Source of the DNA: a virus
Virus record (IMG/VR): IMGVR_UViG_2854655614_000005
Length of the DNA stretch: 64,000 nt
Reading direction: 5' to 3' (one strand)
The notes under the pieces were generated by a model, which was not told the origin of the DNA, ran no database searches, and saw only the letters and a list, made by a program, of their open reading frames with translations. Position numbers and translations under genes: made by a program. This document shows positions 38,468 through 49,125 of the stretch, in pieces. The first letter of the stretch is position 1; every line of letters starts with the position of its first letter.

Positions 38468-39264
38468 TGGCGGCGGGGAGGTGTGGTGCTGGAAGGAGAG
38501 GCGGACTGGCCGAGGAGGGCCACGAGAAGATCGTTCAGGGCGCTGCCCGCGTTGGTGGAAGATGCCCTGCTGGAGGAGATGGTGCCCGGAGACCATTGGA
38601 GGAAGTTCCCGGAAAGGTCATAGGCGGACTGGCCCGAGGAGAGGGCGCCTGTGAGCCAGGAGGGGAGCGTGGTGCCAGCCGTGGCCGCCCCTGCCGAAGC
38701 TCCGCCTCCAGCCGTCGCCTTCCCGCTTGTTCCCGCCGTGGCGGTGGGGGCTGCCGTTTCTTCCGGAGTGGCCGCGATGCCTCCGGCGGCGGAAAGGAGG
38801 GTGGAAGCCCCCTGAATCCATGCGGCGTTCCGCGCGGATTTCGCCAGGCGGTTGTATTGCCCGGCCTGGGCGTCCGCCTGCATCATGGAGAGGCGTCCCT
38901 GCTGGCGGGAGGCCATGGCTGCGGTGCGTTTACCGGAATCGGAGAGAGCGTTGGAGAGGGCCATGTCCGCAATGGATTTTTCAAAGACATCCGCCAGGGC
39001 GAGTTCGTTCTGCATGGAGGAACCTTCCGCCGCGAAGCCGGAGGAGGCTTGCCGGACACGGGCCGATGCCTGGTTGGAAGCCTGATTTTCCCTCATGCGG
39101 GACATGTTGAGGGCGGCCAGGCGGGAGTCCGCCCGGGCTTCCTCCTCCAGGTTGTTGGCCTTGAGATTGTAGGCGGCTTGCTGGGCGCGGCCCTGGGAGC
39201 GGGCCACGGAAGCCATGGTCCTGTAGTTGCCGGAGGAAAGGGCGTTGCCGATGATTTGTCCCAT
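38464..39264 (-). CDS. Probable internal virion protein (gp14-like)
   Basis: Ala/Gln/Ser-rich; ARVRQASSGFAAEGSS resembles the 'AASGV..GS' motif of podovirus core proteins. Confidence 0.6.
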   Translation of the reverse strand: MGQIIGNALSSGNYRTMASVARSQGRAQQAAYNLKANNLEEEARADSRLAALNMSRMRENQASNQASARVRQASSGFAAEGSSMQNELALADVFEKSIADMALSNALSDSGKRTAAMASRQQGRLSMMQADAQAGQYNRLAKSARNAAWIQGASTLLSAAGGIAATPEETAAPTATAGTSGKATAGGGASAGAATAGTTLPSWLTGALSSGQSAYDLSGNFLQWSPGTISSSRASSTNAGSALNDLLVALLGQSASPSSTTPPRRQ

Positions 39265-39284
39265 GGGAAAAAGAAGGAAAAGGG

Positions 39285-39845
39285 TTATCCGACGATGGAG
39301 AGGCCGAGGATGCGCTCCAGGGGGTGCTGGTCATTGGAGTGCTGGGCGAGGGCGTCCTTGTGGAGAGCTTCCGCCAGGGCGGAGTTGGCCGCCTCCTCCA
39401 GCGTGAAGGAGAGTTGGGGCTGTCCGGTGATTTTAGGGGCCATGCGGGCAGCCAGCAGAAGAGACAAACCGCGCAGGAAGAGGGGCTGGGAGTCCGGCAG
39501 GATTTCAGCCTTGCCGAGGGCATTGGTGATGTAGGTGAGTTCCAGCCCGTTGCCCGGCTCCGGCTGGTAGGTCGTGTGGAGGAGGATGTCCCGCCCGATC
39601 AGCTCAAAGGAGGAGTGGTTGATTTTCAGGGGGCGCAGGCAGTCCTCCGGCAGGCGGTAGACGCCGGGGGAGACGGGAGGGAGGATGCGGCGCAGGGTGG
39701 CGAAAGACCAGGAGCCGAAGTTGAGGGCTTCCGCCAGGACGATGGGGAACCAGAGGTCGCATTCGCGGCCCGTGGGGCTCTCCCGCTTGTATTCCCGGTC
39801 CCCGAGGATATGCAGGGATTGTTCAAAGAGTGTTACCTTGTCCAT
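39285..39845 (-). CDS. Tail tubular protein A / head-tail adaptor-like protein
   Basis: SLHILG, WSFATLRR, YRLPEDCLR, LAARMAPKITG. Confidence 0.75.
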   Translation of the reverse strand: MDKVTLFEQSLHILGDREYKRESPTGRECDLWFPIVLAEALNFGSWSFATLRRILPPVSPGVYRLPEDCLRPLKINHSSFELIGRDILLHTTYQPEPGNGLELTYITNALGKAEILPDSQPLFLRGLSLLLAARMAPKITGQPQLSFTLEEAANSALAEALHKDALAQHSNDQHPLERILGLSIVG

Positions 39846-39854
39846 CAGGGGGAC

Positions 39855-39903
39855 ACGGTAGCAGGAAGAGGAGAGTGTGGGAGGTGCTTACGGAATGAAG
39901 GGG
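39855..39903 (-). promoter_or_regulatory. Shared late-promoter-like motif, copy A
   Basis: CCCCTTCATTCC-N31-TACCGT, 9 nt before the ATG at 39845. Confidence 0.7.
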
Positions 39904-39916
39904 GATGGGGAAAACA

Positions 39917-40303
39917 TTATTTTTCCGCTTCTTCCAGGTTGCTGCATATGTCATTGCAAACTGAGTACACGGCCCATTTCAAAAAGGAACCCGGCGTCAT
40001 GTCGCGGATGCTGGCCGCCAGGCGGATGGTTTCCCACTGCCGGGGCGTGAAGGAGGAGGGGCCGAGCTTGAAGCCGTTAAAGAATTCCAGGGATGGATCT
40101 GATGGTTCGGAGGCCGCCGCGAGGCGGTGTTCCAGAATGAGCACGCGGAGTTGCTGCTGGCGCTTTTTCCCGATTGACTTGTTGGAGCACCAGCCGTCCA
40201 CCGTGCTTTTGGAAACGCCGAGGAGATCGGCCAGTTCCCCTCTGGAGAGGGCGAGGGAGGAGAGCAGGTTTTTCAGATCGTTGGGTGTTATTGGAGAATC
40301 CAC
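39917..40303 (-). CDS. XRE/Cro-type HTH regulator, probable prophage repressor
   Basis: LSRGELADLLGVSKSTVDGW; divergent from the early operon; GTG start. Confidence 0.8.
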   Translation of the reverse strand: MDSPITPNDLKNLLSSLALSRGELADLLGVSKSTVDGWCSNKSIGKKRQQQLRVLILEHRLAAASEPSDPSLEFFNGFKLGPSSFTPRQWETIRLAASIRDMTPGSFLKWAVYSVCNDICSNLEEAEK

Positions 40304-40309
40304 GGGAAA

Positions 40310-40410
40310 AGAAATTTAGTAATTTCTAAATGATTTCTCAATGTTTTTTGAGTCTATATTGTTAATTTGGATTTTTTATTGACCGTTTCTTCTTCAAGGA
40401 AAAATAATGC
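40310..40410. promoter_or_regulatory. AT-rich divergent switch region with candidate operators
   Basis: Palindrome AGAAAT-N6-ATTTCT (40310-40327), CTCAA-N6-TTGAG, and TTGACC...AATAAT facing the early genes. Confidence 0.4.
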
Positions 40411-40621
40411 GAGAAGTATGCAACAGGCACCTGTTCCACCTGACAAATACAAGGATTGCGCTTTTTTCAGCGGACGTTTCATCCGAATCATGTCGCGTTT
40501 CCTGATCCGGAAGATCTTTCAGGGAGCGTGTTTGAAATACGCCAGAAACATCATTTCTGAAAAGGGGCGGAGGATGCGTGAATTCCCGCATCCCGCCAGG
40601 AAAGACAACCAGCATGAAACG

Positions 40622-40879
40622 ATGAGCAGAAGGTTACAGCCGACAGAACGCAGGGAGTGGTATTCAACCAAGGATGTAGAGGACGTGTATGGCATTTCCC
40701 GCAAGACCCTGGAGCGCATCCGGAAGAATGCCAAAGACGAAGGAAAGCCGATCAAGGTAAGCAGACTACCTTTTCAAAACGGTTCCGAGACGACGCGCAG
40801 GAGACCGTTTATCCGAATTTCAAAAAAGTCCCTGGATGAATACATGAACTCTCACGCGGAGCAGGACGACGATGAATAA
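40622..40879 (+). CDS. Excisionase/MerR-like HTH protein
   Basis: WYSTKDVEDVYGISRKTLERIR...IRISKKSLDEYM; start uncertain (frame is open from 40367, with an ATG at 40418). Confidence 0.7.
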   Translation: MSRRLQPTERREWYSTKDVEDVYGISRKTLERIRKNAKDEGKPIKVSRLPFQNGSETTRRRPFIRISKKSLDEYMNSHAEQDDDE

Positions 40880-41327
40880 CGAGTATTTGACCGTAGTTCT
40901 GCCCCATGGGCCGAAAGTCCTTTCCGCTAACGCTTCCGTTCCTAAGACGGCCAAAGGACTCCAGGTGGCCGCCCGGAAAAAACAGAAGGCGAAGCGGACG
41001 GCCCGGACCCTGGCCTGGGTCCTGACCCTGCAATGCCTGGGAGGACGCAAGTTCCGCCCGAACCGCTACCTGATCCGCTGGTTTTACAAATACGGCGAGC
41101 CACCGGACGATGACAATGCCGTGGCACGATGCAAGGCCTACCTGGACGGGGCGGCCAGTGCCATGGGCATCAATGACGTGGTGCTGCGCTTGAGAGGAGT
41201 GGAGCGTGTCAAGGATATGAAACGATGGAAGGAGCTGGAACTGGTGTTCTGGTACGAGGAAGGGGACGGAACGGTTTTTCATGAAAAACCGGCACGGAAT
41301 TGTGAGGAAAAAGAGAAGGAAATCTGA
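40872..41327 (+). CDS. RusA-like Holliday junction resolvase
   Basis: LSAN, PDDDNAVARCKAYLDG...GIND (DxDN-x-K-x3-D pattern). Confidence 0.75.
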   Translation: MNNEYLTVVLPHGPKVLSANASVPKTAKGLQVAARKKQKAKRTARTLAWVLTLQCLGGRKFRPNRYLIRWFYKYGEPPDDDNAVARCKAYLDGAASAMGINDVVLRLRGVERVKDMKRWKELELVFWYEEGDGTVFHEKPARNCEEKEKEI

Positions 41328-41347
41328 ATGGAAAGCGAGGAAAAAGC

Positions 41348-42430
41348 ATGCCGGTTCCGTGGATCAAAATTGAGGTGATTCTTCCCGATAAACAGGAGGT
41401 TGTTACGATGGCGCACCTGCTCAAAATGAAGGACCCGGACACGGTGGTGGGCAAGTTGATCCGGCTGTGGGCATGGGCGGACCAGCAGACTGTAAGCGGC
41501 GATTGCGTGGGGATTACTTGCGCGTACATCGACCGGCTCACTTTCTGCAAGGGATTTGCAAAGGCTTTAATGTCAGTTGGATGGCTCGGGGGAGAGGATG
41601 GCGCTTTACAATTCCTCAATTTTGCCCGCCATAACGGAGAGACGGCCAAGGCCAGGGCGGAGTCCGCCAGGAGGATGGCAAAATCCCGTGCGGACAAAGA
41701 GCAACAGAACGGCAACAGGAATGGGGCGCAGGACGCAACGGATGTGACGGAAAAGGGGAACGGCTGTGCGAAAAATGTTGCGCTAAAAGCGCAACGAAAA
41801 GCGCAAACAGAGGGAGAAATAGAATTTAATAGGACTAAAGGAGGTGGGGGGAGAATTCCACCGTTTAGGGAGAAGGAGGCTCCGGGAGGGATTGCCCCCC
41901 CGCCCCCGGATGTTCAGGAATGGGAGGCAAGAGAAGATCCTCCGGATTTTGACGCATTTGTCCGGTGGGTTCAGAGCCTGCGGCCCGGCTGGGACGTGGG
42001 AGGCCTCACCGCCAGAGAGCGGCAGGCCGCCTTGAGGGCGTTTGGTGGGTTGAGAAGGCCCGTGAGCAATACGGAAAAGACCGCCCTGAAGGAGTATTTG
42101 AGCCACGAACCCGAGCGGAGCAGCAAGTTTGACTATCCACCTGACCGTGAGTTGTTTTTCACGATTTTTCAGGAGGTCGTGCAGAAGGCGATGGCGTGGT
42201 TCCGCCGTACGGGACGTAAAACGCCCGCCGAGAAGGAATTTGCCCGGAAACAGGCCGCGGAACGACGGTGGAAGGAGGAGGAACGCTCCGTCAGGCAACG
42301 GGCGGAAAGGTTCCGCAGCGGACCGGAAGAACTCATCGAGGAATTAACCGCCCTGCGCCTGGCGCATGGCGTAAAACCATTGACAGACAAAGAACTGGAA
42401 AAAATAAGACAAGGAGACTACACACAATGA
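41348..42430 (+). CDS. Phage replication initiator-like protein
   Basis: WIKIEVILPDKQEV...VVGKLIRLWAWADQQT...NFARHNGETAKARA. Confidence 0.7.
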   Translation: MPVPWIKIEVILPDKQEVVTMAHLLKMKDPDTVVGKLIRLWAWADQQTVSGDCVGITCAYIDRLTFCKGFAKALMSVGWLGGEDGALQFLNFARHNGETAKARAESARRMAKSRADKEQQNGNRNGAQDATDVTEKGNGCAKNVALKAQRKAQTEGEIEFNRTKGGGGRIPPFREKEAPGGIAPPPPDVQEWEAREDPPDFDAFVRWVQSLRPGWDVGGLTARERQAALRAFGGLRRPVSNTEKTALKEYLSHEPERSSKFDYPPDRELFFTIFQEVVQKAMAWFRRTGRKTPAEKEFARKQAAERRWKEEERSVRQRAERFRSGPEELIEELTALRLAHGVKPLTDKELEKIRQGDYTQ

Positions 42431-42828
42431 ACCAGAATGAAGACATGGAAGAACTGGACCCGGTGGGCATGATCCATCAGTTGGCCTGTTGTTTCACCCA
42501 GCAACGGATGATGGCATCGCAGGTGGCGGTGTTGACGGCGATTGCCAAAAACCCGGCGATTACCTCCGGCCCTATCGTCCGAATGACCGGATTGAGCGTG
42601 CCCAACACCGGGCGCATCCTCAATTACCTGGCGGAGGTGGGGGACGTGACCTTTGTACGGGAAGAGCCGCCAAGGCCGGATTATCCTTCCACCCGGCGAC
42701 ATTTCTACATTACGCCGGAAGGGGTGGGCACGGTGAAGAAGCTGGTGCATCACCTGGGCTGGGGGGAGATCAACCGGTTCCGCATCGTGAAGGAGAACGA
42801 TTCTTCCCAACTTTACAAGTTCCTTTGA
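42427..42828 (+). CDS. MarR-like winged-helix regulator (candidate late activator)
   Basis: QVAVLTAIAKNPAITSGPIVRMTGLS...RRHFYITPEG; overlaps the upstream stop codon. Confidence 0.7.
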   Translation: MNQNEDMEELDPVGMIHQLACCFTQQRMMASQVAVLTAIAKNPAITSGPIVRMTGLSVPNTGRILNYLAEVGDVTFVREEPPRPDYPSTRRHFYITPEGVGTVKKLVHHLGWGEINRFRIVKENDSSQLYKFL

Positions 42829-42835
42829 TAACGGC

Positions 42836-43327
42836 ATGGCCCAGCGAGGATTAACGGAAAAACAGCGTGCGTTCACCAGGTATTGCTTCAGCGGCATGAG
42901 CCAGCGGGAAGCCTACCGCAAGGCTTTTCCCAACAAGAAGTTGAAGGATGCCTCCTGCGACGTGCAGGCAAGCAGGCTGTTAAAAAATGTTAAGGTGCAG
43001 GAGTACCTGGAGGAATTGCGCCAGCAGGCGCAGAGCGACGCCGTGCTGACCAAGCGCGCCCGGATGGAATGGTTGAGCCGGGTGGTGACGACGGCTCCCA
43101 ATGCGGTGGACGGGGAATCCGACCTGTGCCAGGAGATGACGACGAGCGAGTTCGGCGTAAAATGCCGGATGCCCGACAAGCTCCGAGCCGTGCAGGAGCT
43201 CAACAAAATGGACGGGGCGTACACTCCGGAAGAGGTGAAAGTGACAACGGAATGGAGTTTCAGCAGTTTGCTCAAGGAGCTGAAGAGCAGTGAGCTGGTG
43301 AGATGGAAGAAGGAGAGTGGAGCATAA
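42836..43327 (+). CDS. terS: Terminase small subunit
   Basis: LTEKQRAF...SQREAYRKAF...ASRLLKNVKVQEYL...DKLRAVQELNKMDG. Confidence 0.88.
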   Translation: MAQRGLTEKQRAFTRYCFSGMSQREAYRKAFPNKKLKDASCDVQASRLLKNVKVQEYLEELRQQAQSDAVLTKRARMEWLSRVVTTAPNAVDGESDLCQEMTTSEFGVKCRMPDKLRAVQELNKMDGAYTPEEVKVTTEWSFSSLLKELKSSELVRWKKESGA

Positions 43328-43461
43328 GGCCAGCCGGGAAGAAATTGGATGTGTAGGGCGGACGTGAAGCGGTTCTGTTGTTTGACGGGGCATGCAGGAA
43401 CGGGTGGACAAGGGGGCTTCGACTTGTCAAGCTTGCCTGCGGCGGTTATTATTCTCTCTAG

Positions 43462-44469
43462 ATGGCTTTTATTGTTTATAAGCGTGACGGGCTGGCAATA
43501 GCTTTGCTCGAAGGTCGGGAGGGAGATGAATTCCCCCAAGTGAGAATTAACCAGGTTGATAAATTTTCTGACTGGGAGCTCGATGATTCGCAGTGTGAAG
43601 GGGAAAACTGGAAGGTATGGCCCGACGAACTGGTTTTTCACGAACTTCTCCCTTTAATGAGGGAGGCGGTAGAAAGGGCATCAATGTATAATTCACACGA
43701 AGAGTCCATAAAAAGTCGTTATTTGGGTGTAATACTGATGAAAGAAATCGTGGATGTTTGGGAAAAGAGAATGAGGGAAAAACGGGGGGGCCAAGCTGCC
43801 TCCTTAAATGTTTTTCCGTCGAATCCGCCAAGGCTACCCTTAATTCCAGGAGAATCAGGTTTTCCCATCCGGATGTCTACAATGATTTGATGGAAGGCCA
43901 GTGTGTATGGCAAAGAAACCCTGACGCTGACGTTAAATATGAACAGAAGGAACTGGACCGCGTTGTTGAGGAACATAAGAAATATTTGGACAGGGCCCGT
44001 ATTTGCTGTTTTTCCGAATGGGGGGGCAGGGAACATGCTGCCGCAATGGGCATATTATGCAAACGATGCAAAAGGCGTCATGCTGGCGTTTAATGTAGAT
44101 GCCGTCCTAAAAAGGTTTGCTCCCGGTGAGGGGAAGAAAGAGGCCATCGCCAAGAGGAGGGTATGGTATGTGAATAATGTGCAAAAGGAACAATGCTTTC
44201 AAGACAACTTTCTTGATTTGTATTATGTCAAGCATGCTTCTTGGAGGCATGAACAGGAATGGAGGGTCGTGCTGAATGCAGAGGAGGATGTAAAAAGACT
44301 TGGGTTGGATGTGAAGGCTGCGAATAATGAAGCTGGTTTTCCTGTAGGTGTGAAACATTGTTCAGGGATGTATGCTAGGGAACCGGCGGTGATAGATACA
44401 GCTCGCACTGAATTATTCAACTGCATAAGTTCCTGGGAGGTCGAAACAGACAAGTACAGAAAAGAATAG
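43462..44469 (+). pseudogene. DUF2971-family gene split by two frameshifts at G7 tracts
   Basis: Motifs are split across frames: RFSHPDVYNDLME and ICCFSE (ORF 43758), QWAYYANDAKGVMLAF and KHASWRHEQEWR (ORF 43903); G7 at 43784-43790 and 44020-44026. Confidence 0.8.
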
Positions 44470-44802
44470 CTTGAGTTACGATTGCAAATTGACTGTCTGG
44501 AAAGGGATTTAGATGCTCAAAATAAGGAGCGTTTAAAATTTATGAGAATATGGTACTTGGTAAAATCAACACTATAGAATACAGTGATTTAAAATCCGTA
44601 CTGTCTGATCTAAGATCTGAACTGTTGAAAAAAGACAACTGTTTGAACAGATGGAGACTGAAGTGAAGGTACGGAAACAATTTTGCGAGGTGGTAACTGG
44701 AGAAAATAATCTTAAAGAAGTAATTGTTCGCTATCTTTCGGCTATGCTGGCAAGCAGATTGTAGTGAAATTCTTCATTTAATATATTTTTTTGATATACT
44801 TG

Positions 44803-44830
44803 TTGAAAATGGCAAGACTTTTAGTATAAT
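44803..44830 (+). promoter_or_regulatory. Putative sigma70 promoter for Gabija
   Basis: TTGAAA-N16-TATAAT. Confidence 0.55.
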
Positions 44831-44971
44831 ATAGAAAGTTGGCAGAGAGTGAAAATGGAAAAGTAAATAGAATTTTTGGTATCGTATATAAAAACTATTC
44901 TGCATGGCTATTATCACCCTCGTTAATAAAAATCTTGTATAGCAAAATTTTTTAAGATATGGAGATATGAT

Positions 44972-47077
44972 ATGAGACTATTGAAACTTAAACTACGTAA
45001 CTATCGCTGTTTTGGCAACAACGAACAAATCATTCCAATTGACAACATTACATCGTTTATTGGTAACAATAGTTCAGGAAAAACTGCAGCATTGTTAGCG
45101 TTGAATTGCCTGTTTTCGAATAATAGTAGTGACCGGATCTTGAAACGAAGTGACTTCCATCTTCCGAAGGATATGAAACCGGAAGACTTAGAAGCTCAAG
45201 AACTATATATCGAAGCGGTATTCACTTTTGATGAATTAGAAAATGGAGAAGACGGTATTTCTTCCGTTCCGACCTTTTTTAAGAGTCTTGTTGTAGATAG
45301 TCCTGATGGAACACCATATTTGCGTGTTCGTTTAGAAGCAACTTGGGAAAAAAGCAGTAATGTTGAAGGTGCAATTGAAAGTAGGGTCTATTATATAACC
45401 TGTCCAGAGAGCGAAAAAATTACTGAAGAATTCAAAAGTTCCGCAAATCGAAAAGATTTGGATCGCATTCGAGTAATATATATACCTGCGGTTAGAGACC
45501 CCTCTAAGCAATTAAAAAATGTTTCTGGAACAATGATGTATCAGATTATAAATAGCATTAATTGGAGTGCAACTACACAGGAAAAAGTCAAAACAAAAAT
45601 TCAAGAGCTAAACGAACAGTTCTTAAAAGAAAAAGGTGTGTCAATTCTTGGCGCATCTATACATACACAGTGGGAATCATATGATTCGGATACAAGATAT
45701 TCAAACGCTCAATTACGTTTCAATAGCACTGATATTGATTCTTCTATTAAAAAATCAGAGGTTGTGTTTTTGCCCACACCAACAGGAAAAGAATGCACAA
45801 TTGAGGATATGAGTGATGGTTTGCGTTCACTGTTTTATATTTCCTTAGTTGATAGTATTCTTGATGTTGAGTCAAAAATTCAGCAGGAAATAGACACAGA
45901 TCCCAAAAATATTTCGTTTAATCATAAACCTCCTATTTTAACGATTATTGCGTTAGAAGAGCCGGAAAATCATATTGCTCCCCATTTAATCGGGCAGTTA
46001 GCTACAAATATGAAAAAAATAGCGTCAAAAAGCAACGCTCAGACTGTCTTTACTTCTCATTCTACAGCAATTATCAAACGCTTTGATCCGGAGAAGTTAA
46101 GATATTTCCGTCTTAATGTGAATGATTGCACAACTAGCGTTCGTTCAATTACGTTGCCCGATAAAGAAAAATTGGCAGATCAGTATAAATTTATCAAAGA
46201 GGCAGTTAAAGCCTATCCTGAACTATATTTCGCGAAACTTGTTGTTTTAGGTGAAGGTGATAGTGAAGAAATCATATTGCCAAGATTCTGGAATGCTAAA
46301 AATGGCGATGTAGATACAAGTGGCATATCAATTGTTCCTTTGGGCGGTAGGCATGTAAACCATTTTTGGCGGCTGCTTAATGATTTGAATATTCCATACA
46401 TTACGCTGCTAGACTTAGATAAAGAACGAGGAGGCGGCTGTTGGGGGCGAATTAAATATTTGCTTGAACAGTTAATAGAAAATGGTTATGACAAGGACAA
46501 ACTATTAGGAGAAAATATAGATAGTTTATCTGACGAAGACTTTGGTAAGATGCACGATTGGGATGTTAATAATTCAGAAATTTTGCAAAGCTGGATTAAT
46601 TATTTGGAAAAATATAACGTTTTCTTTTCGACACCTTTGGATATCGACTTTTTGATGTTAGAGCATTATGGCAATATTTATAAAAGTCTGTTGGGCGAAA
46701 AAGAAGGTCCTAGGCTGATTATTATGGAAAATGATAAGAAATGCCAAAAATATATTAAGGATATCGAAAATACTGGAAAACCTTATTCAGAGTATTGCAC
46801 GCGTGTTGCAGATGATGTGAGACATACATTAAAAGAATGTGGCGGCGATGGAAAAACATATTCTGAGGAACAAAAGAGATTAATGGTGTGGTACACCTAT
46901 TTCTTCCTTAACAGGGGAAAGCCATCAACTCATATTGAGGCATTCTCTCAAATTAGCAATGAGATGTTGGTTTCTACTATGCCGCCTGTGTTCAAACGCT
47001 TAATTTCTGCTGCAGAAAAAGCATTAAAGGAGAAACCTAATGAAGATTGTTGTACCAGAAAAATGGATACCGTGTGA
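44972..47077 (+). CDS. gajA: OLD-family ABC-ATPase/TOPRIM nuclease (Gabija GajA-like)
   Basis: NYRCF, Walker A IGNNSSGKT, MSDGLRS, LEEPENH, TSHS, TOPRIM GEGDSE and DLD. Confidence 0.85.
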   Translation: MRLLKLKLRNYRCFGNNEQIIPIDNITSFIGNNSSGKTAALLALNCLFSNNSSDRILKRSDFHLPKDMKPEDLEAQELYIEAVFTFDELENGEDGISSVPTFFKSLVVDSPDGTPYLRVRLEATWEKSSNVEGAIESRVYYITCPESEKITEEFKSSANRKDLDRIRVIYIPAVRDPSKQLKNVSGTMMYQIINSINWSATTQEKVKTKIQELNEQFLKEKGVSILGASIHTQWESYDSDTRYSNAQLRFNSTDIDSSIKKSEVVFLPTPTGKECTIEDMSDGLRSLFYISLVDSILDVESKIQQEIDTDPKNISFNHKPPILTIIALEEPENHIAPHLIGQLATNMKKIASKSNAQTVFTSHSTAIIKRFDPEKLRYFRLNVNDCTTSVRSITLPDKEKLADQYKFIKEAVKAYPELYFAKLVVLGEGDSEEIILPRFWNAKNGDVDTSGISIVPLGGRHVNHFWRLLNDLNIPYITLLDLDKERGGGCWGRIKYLLEQLIENGYDKDKLLGENIDSLSDEDFGKMHDWDVNNSEILQSWINYLEKYNVFFSTPLDIDFLMLEHYGNIYKSLLGEKEGPRLIIMENDKKCQKYIKDIENTGKPYSEYCTRVADDVRHTLKECGGDGKTYSEEQKRLMVWYTYFFLNRGKPSTHIEAFSQISNEMLVSTMPPVFKRLISAAEKALKEKPNEDCCTRKMDTV

Positions 47078-48896
47078 TGGCATTGTTTTAGAAGAAAATG
47101 CAGATGCAGCGGTTAGAACAGATAAAAGTGTTCTCGTTGTTGCTGGTCCAGGTGCAGGAAAAACTGAGTTGTTAGCTCAAAAAGCTAGCTATCTTTTTCA
47201 GACGAATACTTGCAGTGACCCACAAAAAATATTAGCGATAAGTTTTAAGAATGACGCCGCTGATAATCTTAAGAAAAGAGTCATAAAGAGATGCGGAAAA
47301 GAAATTGAAACTAGATTCATATCAATGACTTATGATGCATTTTCTAAAAGCATTTTAGATCATTTTCGTTTTGCTCTTCCAAATGTTTTAAGACCGGATG
47401 CCGGCTATTTGGTTAATGATGCAGATACTATTGATGCTGCTTTCAAGAAAGCAGGGTACAACAATCCATTAAATTTGTTAGCCTATAAGCTAAAGTCATA
47501 CTATGAACGTGTTCTTGACTCAATAGAATTACCTTTTTCTCAGAATAATTTAGGAGAAACTGTATGGAATTTACTTCTGAAAGGGTTTGATGATTATAAA
47601 CCAGCTTTATCCTTTAAGATGATATGTATCCTTGCAGAGTTTATTATCAAAACAAACCCCAAAATAAAGAGAGGTTTGCAACTTACCTATAAATTCGTCT
47701 TTTTAGATGAGTTTCAGGATACTACAGATTTGCAATACAAACTTGTCAAACAGTGCTTTTGGAATTCGGACTCAATAATGACGGCAGTTGGTGACAACAA
47801 ACAACGTATAATGGTATGGGCTGGTGCACGAAAAACTGTTTTCGGTGATTTTGCAATAGAATTTAATTCAGAAACTCAAAAACTGATCATGAATCATCGA
47901 TCAGCTCCAAGACTTGTCGATTTGCAGAGGAAAATGTATGCTTCGTTAAATGAAAATGATTGTACTATATGTGTTTCTGACAAATGGAATCCAGATGATG
48001 GTAAGATAACATTGCTCATTGCTGAAAATGAAGATATCGAAGCAAAAATAGTAGCAGAACGCATAATTGAACAGATTTCGTCAGGGATTGAGCCGAATAA
48101 GTTGTGTATTCTCTGCAAGCAAAAGCCTCAAGACTATGCTCCTAAAATTATTGATGAACTTAGTAATTGCCAGATTTGTGCTCGTATCGAAAACGACTAT
48201 CAGGATTTAATCAAAGAACCTATTGTAGAAATGCTAATTGCATTGCTACGTTTAGCTGTTGATAGAAAACATCCTCATGACTGGGAATTTATTGTATCGA
48301 CGATGGCCACTCTCTGGGGCTTAGATTCGCTACAGTCAAATGATGATTATTTCAACATGCAAAATGATCTTGACATAGAAATCAAACAATTAAGTATTAT
48401 GATGGAAAATATTACGTGTAAAAAAGATTTTCATGCTTTGCTAAAACATGCAATACAATTTTTGGGAGAGAAACGCATAAAAGCTATGTACCTGACATAT
48501 GGCCAGGGAACATATTTAAATGACCAATTAAATAAGTTTCAGAATTATATGTGGATGGAACTTGAAGCGACACAGATGGATTGGATACTTGCCATGGAAA
48601 ATTTTGAGGGCTTACATTCCGTTCCGATTATGACAATCCACAAGAGTAAAGGATTAGAGTATGATGTCGTATATTTTGTAGGGCTTGAAGATTCTGCATT
48701 TTGGAATTTTAAAAATCAGCCTGATGAGGATAGGTGTACATTCTTTGTAGCGTTGTCTCGTGCTAAGAAAGAAATATGGTTTACTTTTTGCAAGTATCGC
48801 TATACAAGCAGATTCCCTAAGCAATCACATGCTCAAATCAATGAATTTTATGAATTGCTAAAGGTGCCAGGTATTGCAACCATAATAGAACGGTAA
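47040..48896 (+). CDS. gajB: UvrD-like helicase (Gabija GajB-like)
   Basis: AGPGAGKT, LDEFQDT, VGDNKQRI, NHRS, MTIHKSKGLEYD, FFVALSRAK; overlaps gajA. Confidence 0.85.
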   Translation: MKIVVPEKWIPCDGIVLEENADAAVRTDKSVLVVAGPGAGKTELLAQKASYLFQTNTCSDPQKILAISFKNDAADNLKKRVIKRCGKEIETRFISMTYDAFSKSILDHFRFALPNVLRPDAGYLVNDADTIDAAFKKAGYNNPLNLLAYKLKSYYERVLDSIELPFSQNNLGETVWNLLLKGFDDYKPALSFKMICILAEFIIKTNPKIKRGLQLTYKFVFLDEFQDTTDLQYKLVKQCFWNSDSIMTAVGDNKQRIMVWAGARKTVFGDFAIEFNSETQKLIMNHRSAPRLVDLQRKMYASLNENDCTICVSDKWNPDDGKITLLIAENEDIEAKIVAERIIEQISSGIEPNKLCILCKQKPQDYAPKIIDELSNCQICARIENDYQDLIKEPIVEMLIALLRLAVDRKHPHDWEFIVSTMATLWGLDSLQSNDDYFNMQNDLDIEIKQLSIMMENITCKKDFHALLKHAIQFLGEKRIKAMYLTYGQGTYLNDQLNKFQNYMWMELEATQMDWILAMENFEGLHSVPIMTIHKSKGLEYDVVYFVGLEDSAFWNFKNQPDEDRCTFFVALSRAKKEIWFTFCKYRYTSRFPKQSHAQINEFYELLKVPGIATIIER

Positions 48897-49125
48897 ATTC
48901 TTAAATGCATTTATAGTATTTTGTTTTAAATACGCAATTTTATTAAACAGAAACAGAAATTCCAGCCCATCATGCTTAATTTTAGTTTGGGTTTTCAGCT
49001 TTTGCATAAAATTTATTTTTTGTCATAGATTTGACATAAAGGTAGCGGAGATCATACGCCCGATTGCCGGTTACAAAGGATGTTTTATTCAGTTCGACCT
49101 TGAGGAGAAGAGGATCGTTGCCATT

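Noticed and set aside
44651..44764. 37-codon ORF METEVKVRKQF...
   Set aside because: Too short and unsupported; it may only be a remnant at the Gabija junction
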